Of a DNA stretch of 45,934 bases, positions 1-8,597 are shown one piece after another. Location of the stretch: NCBI GenBank assembly GCA_947465215.1, contig CANHZX010000002.1, positions 1-45,934 on the forward strand, read 5' to 3'. The DNA is from Betaproteobacteria bacterium (lineage in GTDB: Bacteria > Pseudomonadota > Gammaproteobacteria > Burkholderiales > SG8-41). Positions within the stretch are counted from its first letter, which is position 1. Every line of letters begins with the position of its first letter. The notes beneath the pieces were generated by a model, which was not told the DNA's origin, did no database searches, and was given only the letters and a program-made list of their open reading frames with translations. The translations under genes were made by a program, and so were the position numbers.

Positions 1-84
1 CATCGTGGTCTGGCTGTCGCCCAACGTTCTGTTTAATAGACTGATCACCGCCAACAAACTGCCGTAAAAGTCAGGGTTATCGCG

Positions 85-1809
85 CTAGCGTTTGGGAAAC
101 AACTCGAAACACACGCTGCCGTGACGGTTTAATGACAGCACCAGCGTATATCCGGATTGCGCGGCAAACGCCGCGGCCTGGTAAAGACCGACACCCAGCC
201 CGCTTTCCGAAGGCACGGGGCCGCGGAACAGGTCTTCCGCCAGTTCCGCTGGAACCGGTGCGCCGTCATCACAGATGCGCAGGCGCGGACCCGGCAACAG
301 CGACACATGGACACGCTTGGCTTGCCCCTGTGAAACTTTATACAAGGCGTTTTCAATCAGGGTGTCGCTGGTACTGTCGAACAGTTCCGCCATCAGACGC
401 ATGCCCTCGGGTACCGGCTCGGTGCCGAATCCAACTACACGACCGGCGTAGCGCGACTGCAAACCCTGCCACCAGATCGCCCCATCAACATCCCTGCTTG
501 CCGATGCTTCCGGCGACTTGAGCTTTTCCAGCGTGGCACTCAAGCGCTGCGTGATATGCGGCAACTGCCGCTGCACCAGTGAACGGAAAGCCGTGTCATC
601 TGCGCCACGCATTTCCGCTGCAGCACAAATAGAGCGCAGTGACTGCAGCAGATTTTTGACATCATGGGTGAGCCGGGCGCCGGTTTCGTAGATGGCCTGG
701 GTATAGGCAGACTGCTGTCGCTGCTGTTCACGCCGCTGCGCCTCATAAAAATGCCCGACCATCTGCATCAGCAGTTTCTGGTGCAGCAGGATCGCCGGCG
801 TCAACTGCCTGGTTGCATGCATGGTCAGCAGCAACACGCCGGTCTCATGCTGCTCGGCATGCCCCTCTGGATTGCCGACATGACCGGAAGAAGCCGCAGT
901 AACCCAGGAGTAGCCGTTGATCCACGGCAGATCGAGCATATCGGTCAAGGCCGCACGCAGGAAATGCTCGGGCCGGGTTTCGGTTTCGGCAAGTTCGGCC
1001 AATCTGCGCATGCGCTGCTCGAAGGGCAGGCCAAGACCCAACAGATAGCGCGACAACAGGGTGCCAATCCCGCTGAAGCCGGCGCGGGGATTCCACAGCC
1101 AGGCAAGTCCGAGCATCAAGCCCGCCATCACCATCAGCGCCTGGGTAACACCAATCAGGTATTCACCTTGCGATGCCTGGTGGTGATGAATCACAAAACT
1201 GCCCAGCGCCAGAACCACCACCAGCAGAAACAGCACCAGCGTGTAAAACAGGTCGATGATCACCGGTGCACCGCGCAGGCGTTCGCCACCGGGTATCAGC
1301 ATGATTGCCAGCGGAAGCACCGGCATGCCGTAACGCACGAATGGCGCAACCTGGTTGGCAATATAACGGTCACTGAACAGCTGCGGCAGCACCCACATCA
1401 GCAGCATCGTCACCAGATAAATTGCAGCCAGCAAGGCAGCCGCACGCTCTCCCCGTGCATCGGTCGACGGCACACCACCGCCTACCAGTCCGCACAATGC
1501 CGCGATCCATGCCGCAATCAGCCACCAGTTGCCGGCAAACGCAAATAACGTTCCCAGGCCCAGCACCATCAGGGCATGCTGTAACGGAATGCGCCGCCCC
1601 CCGCGCCATACCGGCTGCCAGATCAAAAACAGACCGAAATGGGACATCAGCAGGCCGCGGGCCCACCATTCACCACCACCCCATGCAATGGCGCCATGCA
1701 GCGTAAGCAGTGCGGTTGCCAGCAGCACGTTCTGATGCCGCGGGGACTCCACGGATTTGACCCGCAGCGAAGCGGGGGCGTCTTTGGTATTGATCAAATC
1801 GGCGGGCAT
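85..1809 (-). CDS. Polytopic membrane sensor histidine kinase (HDxKN-type H-box, PrsK-like); no cognate response regulator inside the window
   Basis: 574-aa ORF. The N-terminal ~300 aa is a series of hydrophobic helices. The C-terminal half carries H-box RLTHDVKNLLQSL, N-box IENALYK, G1 ICDDGAPVP and G2 SGLGVGLY. Confidence 0.8.
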   Translation of the reverse strand: MPADLINTKDAPASLRVKSVESPRHQNVLLATALLTLHGAIAWGGGEWWARGLLMSHFGLFLIWQPVWRGGRRIPLQHALMVLGLGTLFAFAGNWWLIAAWIAALCGLVGGGVPSTDARGERAAALLAAIYLVTMLLMWVLPQLFSDRYIANQVAPFVRYGMPVLPLAIMLIPGGERLRGAPVIIDLFYTLVLFLLVVVLALGSFVIHHHQASQGEYLIGVTQALMVMAGLMLGLAWLWNPRAGFSGIGTLLSRYLLGLGLPFEQRMRRLAELAETETRPEHFLRAALTDMLDLPWINGYSWVTAASSGHVGNPEGHAEQHETGVLLLTMHATRQLTPAILLHQKLLMQMVGHFYEAQRREQQRQQSAYTQAIYETGARLTHDVKNLLQSLRSICAAAEMRGADDTAFRSLVQRQLPHITQRLSATLEKLKSPEASASRDVDGAIWWQGLQSRYAGRVVGFGTEPVPEGMRLMAELFDSTSDTLIENALYKVSQGQAKRVHVSLLPGPRLRICDDGAPVPAELAEDLFRGPVPSESGLGVGLYQAAAFAAQSGYTLVLSLNRHGSVCFELFPKR

Positions 1810-1854
1810 CGTGATTGGCTATACTCTCGATTCAGTTAAAAACCGGCAAACGCC

Positions 1855-2619
1855 TTGCACATCACCACTATCGGCAAATACACGGCGCTTGAAGCGCTGC
1901 GCACCCGGGTCCCCGCAACCGCAATGCTGGCACTGGTGCTGCTGGTTTGCGCCAGCCTGTTCATCCGCGAACTTGCCGTCTTCGAAGCGATGCGTTTCCA
2001 GACCGGGTTTTATGCCGCCGCTGCCCGACTGGTCGCCGTATTCCTTACCAGCGTCTACGCACTCGCCAGCATAACGCGGGAATTCAACGACAAAGGCTTG
2101 GAAGTCGTGCTCGCGCTCGACGTGCCGCGCACCCATTATATCTGCGGCAAGCTCGCCGGCTTCATGGTGGTGGCGATGTTCATTGCCGTCGTCATGTCCC
2201 TGCCGCTCTGGATACTGGCTCCCGCCGGAGCAGCCTGCACCTGGACAGCTTCACTGATGATCGAGCTGGCGCTGATCGCAGCGCTGTCACTGTTTTGTGT
2301 GGTCACCTTCAGCCAGTTGCTGCCGGCTGCCGGATTTGTTGCAGCGTTTTATCTGCTGGCACGCTGCATCACCGCCATGCGGCTGATGGGTGCTCACCCG
2401 ATTTCCGGCGAAGACACCCCGTCCCAGCAATTCGCGTCGGCCCTGGTCGAAGGGTTGGGCTATCTGCTGCCTGCACTGGATCAATGGACAGCGACCTCCT
2501 GGCTGGTCGATTCACCGCCGGAACCCGTGCAATTACTGGGCATTTTTCTCCAGGGCATGGTCTACCTCACCTTGCTGACTGCCGCAGCCCTCTTTGATTT
2601 TCATCGCAGGAGTCTTTAG
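1855..2619 (+). CDS. Polytopic integral membrane protein, possibly an ABC-2/NosY-like permease fold; TTG start
   Basis: 254-aa ORF with about 6 hydrophobic helices. The N-terminus (HITTIGKYTALEALRTR followed by TM1) resembles ABC-2 permease N-termini. No ATPase gene is adjacent. It is divergent from the kinase gene with only a 45-bp gap. Confidence 0.55.
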   Translation: MHITTIGKYTALEALRTRVPATAMLALVLLVCASLFIRELAVFEAMRFQTGFYAAAARLVAVFLTSVYALASITREFNDKGLEVVLALDVPRTHYICGKLAGFMVVAMFIAVVMSLPLWILAPAGAACTWTASLMIELALIAALSLFCVVTFSQLLPAAGFVAAFYLLARCITAMRLMGAHPISGEDTPSQQFASALVEGLGYLLPALDQWTATSWLVDSPPEPVQLLGIFLQGMVYLTLLTAAALFDFHRRSL

Positions 2620-3366
2620 GTGAGTGCGCTGTTCCGGGATGGGGAAGAACGGACGCTGCATGCCGTTCCCTTCATGGTGCTACTGCTGCTGGCCCTGGCG
2701 CTGACGCTGCAGATCATCTTCCATGCACAACAGGCAACACCGCAAGCGCGGGCTGAATCCCTCGAGCCGGCGCCCTCCGCAAACGTGCTGCGTACTGCCA
2801 GTTTCGGGGAATCCATCGTAGCCGCCCAATTTTCTGTTCTTTACCTGCAGGCTTTTGATAACCAGCCGGGCATCAGCATTCCGTTCCGTGCGCTGGATTA
2901 CAACCGGGTGATGAGCTGGCTGCAAATCGCGCTGCAGCTCGATCCGCAAAGCGGCTATCCGCTGATGATGGCTTCACAACTCTACGGGCAGGTGAACGAC
3001 GAACCGCGACAACGCATGATGTGCGAATTCGTCCACGCCCGTTTTCTGGAAGCGCCGGACCTGCGATGGCGCTGGCTGGCGCACTGCGCCATCATGGCCA
3101 AACACCGGCTGCGGGACCAACCGCTTGCCCTGCGCTACGCCACCGACATCACCCAATACGCCGGAACTGCCTCGGGATGGGCGCGACAGATGAGGATTTT
3201 CATCCTCGAGGACATGGGCGAACTCGGTAGCGCCAAGGTGCTGTTGGGCGGACTACTAGCCACCGGGGAAGTGACCGACCCCAGTGAACTGCATTTCCTG
3301 ACCGAAAGGTTAAAAACCCTTGAAGAAAGAGAAAATTCCGCGGGTACGACGAAAATTCGACAGTGA
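2620..3366 (+). CDS. Membrane-anchored hypothetical protein (one N-terminal TM, helical-repeat-like soluble domain); GTG start directly after the upstream stop
   Basis: 248-aa ORF with a single hydrophobic segment, VPFMVLLLLALALTLQIIF. The GTG at 2620 abuts the TAG at 2617-2619 of the preceding gene. I recognise no family motif. Confidence 0.5.
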   Translation: MSALFRDGEERTLHAVPFMVLLLLALALTLQIIFHAQQATPQARAESLEPAPSANVLRTASFGESIVAAQFSVLYLQAFDNQPGISIPFRALDYNRVMSWLQIALQLDPQSGYPLMMASQLYGQVNDEPRQRMMCEFVHARFLEAPDLRWRWLAHCAIMAKHRLRDQPLALRYATDITQYAGTASGWARQMRIFILEDMGELGSAKVLLGGLLATGEVTDPSELHFLTERLKTLEERENSAGTTKIRQ

Positions 3367-3458
3367 CGGTCGTAAATTCGACGAAAGTTCCATTGCATAT
3401 TTCAGAAATTAATGAAAATTCACCTTACAAAAACCAAATTTGAAAAAAAGTTTTTTAA

Positions 3459-3471
3459 TATCAATTACTTA
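3459..3471 (+). promoter_or_regulatory. IHF-consensus site (WATCAANNNNTTR) inside an AT-rich leader
   Basis: The sequence tATCAAttacTTa matches every specified position of the IHF consensus. It lies about 70 bp upstream of the -24 element at 3541, within a strongly AT-rich stretch that contrasts with the GC-rich flanks. Confidence 0.4.
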
Positions 3472-3540
3472 TTATTATTTTTATTGGCTCGTTTTGCGCC
3501 TCGCCCTTTGCGATGTTTCTGTTTATTAAGCCTTGCGTGA

Positions 3541-3556
3541 TGGTACGGAGTTTGCA
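3541..3556 (+). promoter_or_regulatory. Sigma54 (-24/-12) promoter for the pilin gene
   Basis: TGGTACGgagtTTGCA compares well with the consensus TGGCACG-N4-TTGCW. The GG and GC have correct spacing, and the element ends about 47 nt before the ATG at 3603. Confidence 0.6.
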
Positions 3557-3602
3557 CAATTTCCAGTGTTAATTTCCGCCATTCGGCGGCAAGGGGATAA
3601 AA

Positions 3603-4322
3603 ATGATGCGTGCTAAAGGTTTTACACTGATCGAAATCGCCATCGTGCTGGTCATTATCGGCCTGCTGTTGGGCGGTGTTCTGAAAGGCCAGGAGCTGAT
3701 CACCAGCGCCCGGGTTCGCAATATGATCTCGACGCAGGACGGTGTGAAAGCCGCTTATTTCGGCTTCCTGGACCGTTTCCGCGCATTGCCCGGCGACTAC
3801 ACCCAGGCCACCACCAACATCACCGGTATGTCCGCCAACTCGAACGGCAACGGCAACGGCCGCATCGAAACGGCTGCTACCCCGGTTGCCAGCAGCGTTG
3901 TCGCCGAAGACATCCTGGTCTGGGAACATCTGTCCAAAGCGGGCTTCATCAACGGCACCTACACTTATGCCGCAACTGCGTCGGCCACCACGAGCCCGAC
4001 CAACCCCTACGGCGTTTACATGCAGGTTGCGTATGACGGAGTCTATGGTGCAGGCACCACGGCTGTTCCTGCCGCCCTGCGCCACAACATCAAGACCGGC
4101 TCCCAAGTACCTGTTGAAATCATCGTTGAAGTCGATCGCAAGATTGATGACGGCGCACCGAATACCGGTGGATTCCAGTTCTCGGAATACCAGGGCAATG
4201 GCGCTGCAGCTCCCACGAGCGGCTCGACCACCACGCCGGCCTGTACCAGCCTGACCACTGCACCAGGCATCTGGAATGCAACGAACGGCAGCACGAACTG
4301 CGGCGGCGCCAGCCTGCTGTAA
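3603..4322 (+). CDS. Type IV pilin-like protein (prepilin-type N-terminal cleavage/methylation domain)
   Basis: Short leader MMRAKG followed by FTLIEIAIVLVIIGLLLGG, giving Gly-1/Phe+1/Glu+5. A C-terminal Cys pair (PACTS...STNCGG) is typical of the pilin disulfide loop. The central region is Ser/Thr/Gly-rich. Confidence 0.85.
   Translation: MMRAKGFTLIEIAIVLVIIGLLLGGVLKGQELITSARVRNMISTQDGVKAAYFGFLDRFRALPGDYTQATTNITGMSANSNGNGNGRIETAATPVASSVVAEDILVWEHLSKAGFINGTYTYAATASATTSPTNPYGVYMQVAYDGVYGAGTTAVPAALRHNIKTGSQVPVEIIVEVDRKIDDGAPNTGGFQFSEYQGNGAAAPTSGSTTTPACTSLTTAPGIWNATNGSTNCGGASLL
3843..3860 (+). repeat. In-frame hexanucleotide repeat (AACGGC)x3 inside the pilin gene
   Basis: Read directly as aacggcaacggcaacggc, encoding NGNGNG. 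Confidence 0.8.
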
Positions 4323-4338
4323 TCGTTACCTGCCCCGT

Positions 4339-4368
4339 AAAAAAGCCCGCTTACAGCGGGCTTTTTTA
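4339..4368. terminator. Bidirectional rho-independent terminator between the convergent pilin and CPA2 genes
   Basis: The sequence is aaaaaaGCCCGCttacaGCGGGCtttttt. It has a 6-bp GC stem and a 5-nt loop, with an A-run on one side and a T-run on the other. Confidence 0.75.
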
Positions 4369-4393
4369 TTGCCGGTGGAATGGCTGCCGCAAA

Positions 4394-6361
4394 TCACCCC
4401 TGCAATAACCGTATTTCAGCAGCGGCCACCGCTGCTTCTGAACCGAGCAGCACAATCACATCACCCTCTTCAATACGCAGTTCGGGACCCGGCGCCGCAG
4501 TCCTGACATTGCGCCGCCGGATTGCAGTCACTTCCACACCGGATTGCAGCAGATTGAGCTCTTCGATGCGTTTACCGATCGACTGGGCCCCCGCAGTCAC
4601 CAGAACCGAGTGCAGGCGCGGCTGCAGCGCCTGATCCTCGCCCTCGGCCGCATCCGTCATGCCGCGATAGAAGCCGCGGAACAGTTCATAACGGCTTTCA
4701 CGGGTTTCGCGGATGCGGCGCAGCACCCTCGTCAGCGGCACGCCGACCAGCATCAGCGTGCTCGAAGCCAGCATCAGGCTGGCTTCCATCAGATCTGCAA
4801 CAACCTCCGTCGCGCCGGCATTACGCAGCTTCTCAACATCGCTGTCATCGACAGTGCGCACGATTACCGGTAATCCGGGCCGGGCTTCCTGCACATGGGC
4901 AAGAATGCGCAGGGCCGATGCGGTATCGGCATACGTCACAATTACCACCCGGGCTCGGGCCAGACCCGCCGCCAGCAGCACCTCGCGCCTTGCGGCATCC
5001 CCGAACACCACACGTTCACCGGCAGCAGTGGCATCACCGATACGCTGGGGGTCATTGTCGAGCGCAATGAAAGGCACCCCCTCCTGATCCAGGAAACGGG
5101 CCAGATTCTGGCCGCTGCGCCCGTAGCCGCAGATCAACACGTGTTCATGCGCGCTCATTGTCTGCACGGCGATGTTGTGCAGTTGCATCGCCCGGTTCAT
5201 CCACTCGGTAGCGCTCCAGCGACGCACGATGGCTTCACTGCGCTCAATAACAAAAGGCGCAATCAGCATCGACAGCACCATCACGGCCAAAACCGGCTGC
5301 AATACCTCCGTTGCAACCAGTCCACTGGCACCGGCATGCGCCAGAATGACGAAACCGAATTCGCCGCAGGCACCCAGAGCAAGGCCGGTACGCATGGCGA
5401 CCCCACTGGAAGCGCCGAACAGGCGGCTCAAGCCGAGAATCAATCCTGTTTTGGCAATGACCAGCGTCACCAGCAATACACTGACCCAGACATTTTCCAC
5501 AACGATGCTGACATCCAGCAGCATGCCGATCGTCACAAAAAACAGGCCCAGCAGCACATCGCGGAAGGGCTTGATGTCTTCCTCGACCTGATACCGGTAT
5601 TCGGTTTCCGAAATCAGCACGCCGGCGACAAAAGCGCCAAGGGCCAGCGACAACCCGGCCATTTCCGTGATGAAGGCGACACCCAGCGTGACCAGCAACA
5701 CGTTGAGCACAAACAGTTCGGATGATTTCTGCCGCGCAACCAGATGGAACCAGGCGCGCATCAGCCGCTGGCCGAAAAACAGCAGAATGGTCAGCACAAT
5801 TGCGGCCTTGAGGAGGGCGTAACCCAGCGTCGCAATCATTTCGTCAGCCGGCGCACCGAGCGCAGGGATCAGGATCAGCAGCGGAACTACGGCAAGATCC
5901 TGAAACAGCAGGATGCCGATGATCTGGCGGCCATGCGGCGAGTTCAGCTCGAAGCGCTCGGCGAGCAACTTGGCAAGAATGGCGGTGGATGACATGGCCA
6001 GCGCGCCACCCAACACAATGCCGTCCCGCCAGGACACCCCGACGGCAACCGCAACACCAACGACCAGTACCAGGGTCGCCAATACCTGCGCAGCCCCCAG
6101 CCCGAACACGATACGACGCATGGTCATCAGCCGGGTCAGACTGAACTCCAGTCCGATGCTGAACATCAGGAAAACCACGCCGATTTCGGCAAGACTGCGC
6201 ACTTCGTCAGTGGTGGTAATCCAGCCCAGCGCATTGGGGCCGATGGCAACCCCGACAATCAGATATCCCAGGAGCGGCGGCAGCCGCAGCGTACGAAACA
6301 CGACCACCACCAGAACGGCGGCCGCGAGCAGTACAAGCACAGGTTGCAGGGTATTGTGCAT
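4394..6361 (-). CDS. CPA2-family monovalent cation:proton antiporter / K+ efflux protein with C-terminal RCK (TrkA-N + TrkA-C) domains (KefB/YbaL-like)
   Basis: 655 aa with about 12 TM helices. A Rossmann motif VLICGYGRSGQNLARFL follows, then a C-terminal TrkA-C-like segment (GKRIEELNL...EEGDVIVLLG). Confidence 0.9.
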   Translation of the reverse strand: MHNTLQPVLVLLAAAVLVVVVFRTLRLPPLLGYLIVGVAIGPNALGWITTTDEVRSLAEIGVVFLMFSIGLEFSLTRLMTMRRIVFGLGAAQVLATLVLVVGVAVAVGVSWRDGIVLGGALAMSSTAILAKLLAERFELNSPHGRQIIGILLFQDLAVVPLLILIPALGAPADEMIATLGYALLKAAIVLTILLFFGQRLMRAWFHLVARQKSSELFVLNVLLVTLGVAFITEMAGLSLALGAFVAGVLISETEYRYQVEEDIKPFRDVLLGLFFVTIGMLLDVSIVVENVWVSVLLVTLVIAKTGLILGLSRLFGASSGVAMRTGLALGACGEFGFVILAHAGASGLVATEVLQPVLAVMVLSMLIAPFVIERSEAIVRRWSATEWMNRAMQLHNIAVQTMSAHEHVLICGYGRSGQNLARFLDQEGVPFIALDNDPQRIGDATAAGERVVFGDAARREVLLAAGLARARVVIVTYADTASALRILAHVQEARPGLPVIVRTVDDSDVEKLRNAGATEVVADLMEASLMLASSTLMLVGVPLTRVLRRIRETRESRYELFRGFYRGMTDAAEGEDQALQPRLHSVLVTAGAQSIGKRIEELNLLQSGVEVTAIRRRNVRTAAPGPELRIEEGDVIVLLGSEAAVAAAEIRLLQG

Positions 6362-6448
6362 AGCCGGATCAACAGGGGGAACCTTCCGAATATTGCCTTT
6401 TCTTCAATGAATTGCAAGCGAATGGCAGCAAATGCCGGGCAGGGTGTT

Positions 6449-6457
6449 TGTTATAAT
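6449..6457 (+). promoter_or_regulatory. Candidate extended -10 promoter (TGtTATAAT) for kdsD
   Basis: A perfect TATAAT at 6452-6457 is preceded by TG at 6449-6450. It ends 7 nt before the ATG at 6465. I see no good -35 element. Confidence 0.35.
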
Positions 6458-6464
6458 TTCGGCC

Positions 6465-7457
6465 ATGACTGCCCCCGCCGAAACGAGCCCCGCCAGTTCC
6501 GCGATTGCGGCGGCCAAAGAAGTACTCGCCATCGAGGCGCAGGCCATCACCGATCTGGCCGACCACCTCGACGAGCGCTTCGGGGAAGCCATCCGCATCC
6601 TTCTACAATGCCGCGGCCGTGTCGTCGTCAGCGGCATCGGCAAATCCGGCCATATCGCCCGCAAAATTGCCGCCACCTTCGCCAGCACCGGTACGCCGGC
6701 GTTTTTTGTGCATCCGGCTGAAGCCAGCCACGGCGACCTCGGCATGGTCACCCGCGACGATGTGTTTGTCGCGCTTTCCAACTCCGGTGAAACCAGCGAG
6801 TTGCTGACCATCATTCCCGTCTTGAAACGGCAGGGCGCAAAACTCGTCGCACTGACCGGCAATCCGGCATCGACCCTGGGACGTGAAGCCGATGTACACC
6901 TTTATGCAGGCGCCAAACAGGAAGCCTGCCCGCTAAATCTCGCGCCGACGGCCAGCACAACAGCAGCGCTCGCTCTCGGTGATGCGATTGCAGTGGCGCT
7001 GATGCGCGCACGCGGCTTCACCCAGGACGAATTCGCGCGATCCCATCCCGGCGGCGCCCTGGGGCGAAAACTGCTGACCATGGTGCGTGACGTGATGCGT
7101 TCAGGCGATGACGCGCCGCGCGTCCCGATCACCGCAACGCTGACCGACGCCCTACTGGAAATGTCGCGCGGCCGCATGGGTATGACCGCTGTCGTCGACC
7201 AGGCACAGACGGTCAAAGGCGTTTTTACCGACGGCGATTTGCGTCGTGCGATCGGCAAGGGTCTCGATCTGCGCAAGACGCCGATCAACGACATCATGTC
7301 GGCCAATCCGCGCACCATCGGACCCGACAGGCTCGCAGCAGAAGCCGTTGAAATCATGGAACGCAGCAAGGTAACGCAATTGCTGGTCGTCGATGAAGGC
7401 GGTCACTTGGTCGGCGCCTTGAATATTCACGACCTGTTCCGCAACAAAGTCGTCTGA
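6465..7457 (+). CDS. kdsD: Arabinose-5-phosphate isomerase KdsD (SIS + tandem CBS domains)
   Basis: SIS motifs GIGKSGHIARKIAATFASTG and SNSGET, with a CBS pair at the C-terminus. It sits first in the kdsD-kdsC-lptCAB-rpoN order. The start is taken at the ATG at 6465; the track ORF begins at 6432. Confidence 0.9.
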   Translation: MTAPAETSPASSAIAAAKEVLAIEAQAITDLADHLDERFGEAIRILLQCRGRVVVSGIGKSGHIARKIAATFASTGTPAFFVHPAEASHGDLGMVTRDDVFVALSNSGETSELLTIIPVLKRQGAKLVALTGNPASTLGREADVHLYAGAKQEACPLNLAPTASTTAALALGDAIAVALMRARGFTQDEFARSHPGGALGRKLLTMVRDVMRSGDDAPRVPITATLTDALLEMSRGRMGMTAVVDQAQTVKGVFTDGDLRRAIGKGLDLRKTPINDIMSANPRTIGPDRLAAEAVEIMERSKVTQLLVVDEGGHLVGALNIHDLFRNKVV

Positions 7458-7476
7458 CATAACCGGCGCACTGACG

Positions 7477-7998
7477 ATGATTCCGCAAGCCCGACTGGTC
7501 CGTGTCGCGATTTTCGACGTCGATGGAGTCCTCTCCGACGGCGGCCTGCACTATGCCGAGGCGGGGGACGCGATGAAAACCTTCGATGTCCGCGACGGCA
7601 TGGGCATGAAGCTGCTGCAGGACTCCGGCATCGAACTGGCAATCATCACCAGCCGCCGTGCAGGCAGTGTGCGCGAACGAGCGGCGGATCTCGGCATCCG
7701 GCATATTCAGCAGGGTGTCGCCAATAAATTCACCGCCTTCGAAACGCTGCTCGCCGAACTGAAATTAAAGCCCGATCAGGCGGCGTTCCTCGGCGACGAT
7801 CTGGTCGACCTGCCGGTATTCAGGCAATGCGGCTTCGCAGTCACTGTCGCTGATGCGCCAGCCGTTCTGAAACGGCACGCTGATTACGTTACCCGGGCCA
7901 GGGGCGGTCACGGTGCGGCGCGAGAATTCTGCGAAATCATCCTGCACAACCAGAACAAGCTCGCCGGGCAGACCGCGCGCTTTCTCGGCGCAGCCTGA
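7477..7998 (+). CDS. kdsC: KDO 8-phosphate phosphatase KdsC (HAD superfamily)
   Basis: HAD motif I is FDVDGVLSDG. The 173-aa size and the position after kdsD also fit. Confidence 0.9.
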   Translation: MIPQARLVRVAIFDVDGVLSDGGLHYAEAGDAMKTFDVRDGMGMKLLQDSGIELAIITSRRAGSVRERAADLGIRHIQQGVANKFTAFETLLAELKLKPDQAAFLGDDLVDLPVFRQCGFAVTVADAPAVLKRHADYVTRARGGHGAAREFCEIILHNQNKLAGQTARFLGAA

Positions 7999-8012
7999 GC
8001 GCCAAGTCCGCG

Positions 8013-8597
8013 ATGAACCGCCTGTCACAGATTTTCCCCCTGCTGCTGCTGGCCGTTCTCGCCACGCTGACCTTCTGGCTGGATCAAGCAGTACAGCAGA
8101 GCGCTCAATCTACGGAAAACGAGCGTGACGATCCCGACTTCATCGTCGACAACGTCGTCGCCCGACGGCTGGATGCGAACGGCAATGTCAAACACACCCT
8201 CTACGCCTCGAAGATGTCGCATTTCCCGCGGGACGACAGCACCCATCTGGTATCGCCGCGATTCGTCAGCAATGCCTCTGCCAATGCACCGGTCACCATC
8301 ACCTCAAGAACGGCGCGGGTCTCCAGTCGCGGCGAAAACGTGTATTTTAAGGATGACGTCAGGGCGATCAGGGCCGCCTATGACAACCGTAGCGAACTGA
8401 TGCTTGAAACCAGTTTTCTCCACGTGCTGCCGGATGAAAGCATCGCGCGCACCGACCGCCCCGTAACCATCACCGACGCCCATACCGTTGCCACGGCGAT
8501 TGGCTTAGAATTGAACAGTGAAGCCCGTACCGTCAAATTCCTCTCCCATTTCCGCGGCACCTATCATGACCCGGCACGTGCAGAAAAACGCCGCTGA
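8013..8597 (+). CDS. lptC: LPS export protein LptC
   Basis: 194 aa with a single N-terminal TM anchor (IFPLLLLAVLATLTFWL) and a beta-rich body. Its position between kdsC and lptA is conserved. Confidence 0.85.
   Translation: MNRLSQIFPLLLLAVLATLTFWLDQAVQQSAQSTENERDDPDFIVDNVVARRLDANGNVKHTLYASKMSHFPRDDSTHLVSPRFVSNASANAPVTITSRTARVSSRGENVYFKDDVRAIRAAYDNRSELMLETSFLHVLPDESIARTDRPVTITDAHTVATAIGLELNSEARTVKFLSHFRGTYHDPARAEKRR

Noticed and set aside
1-84. A possible next gene downstream of the kinase, starting with an ATG (cat at 1-3 on the plus strand) and running off the window.
   Set aside because: Only a start codon would lie inside the window and no Shine-Dalgarno sequence is evident, so it cannot be supported as a feature.
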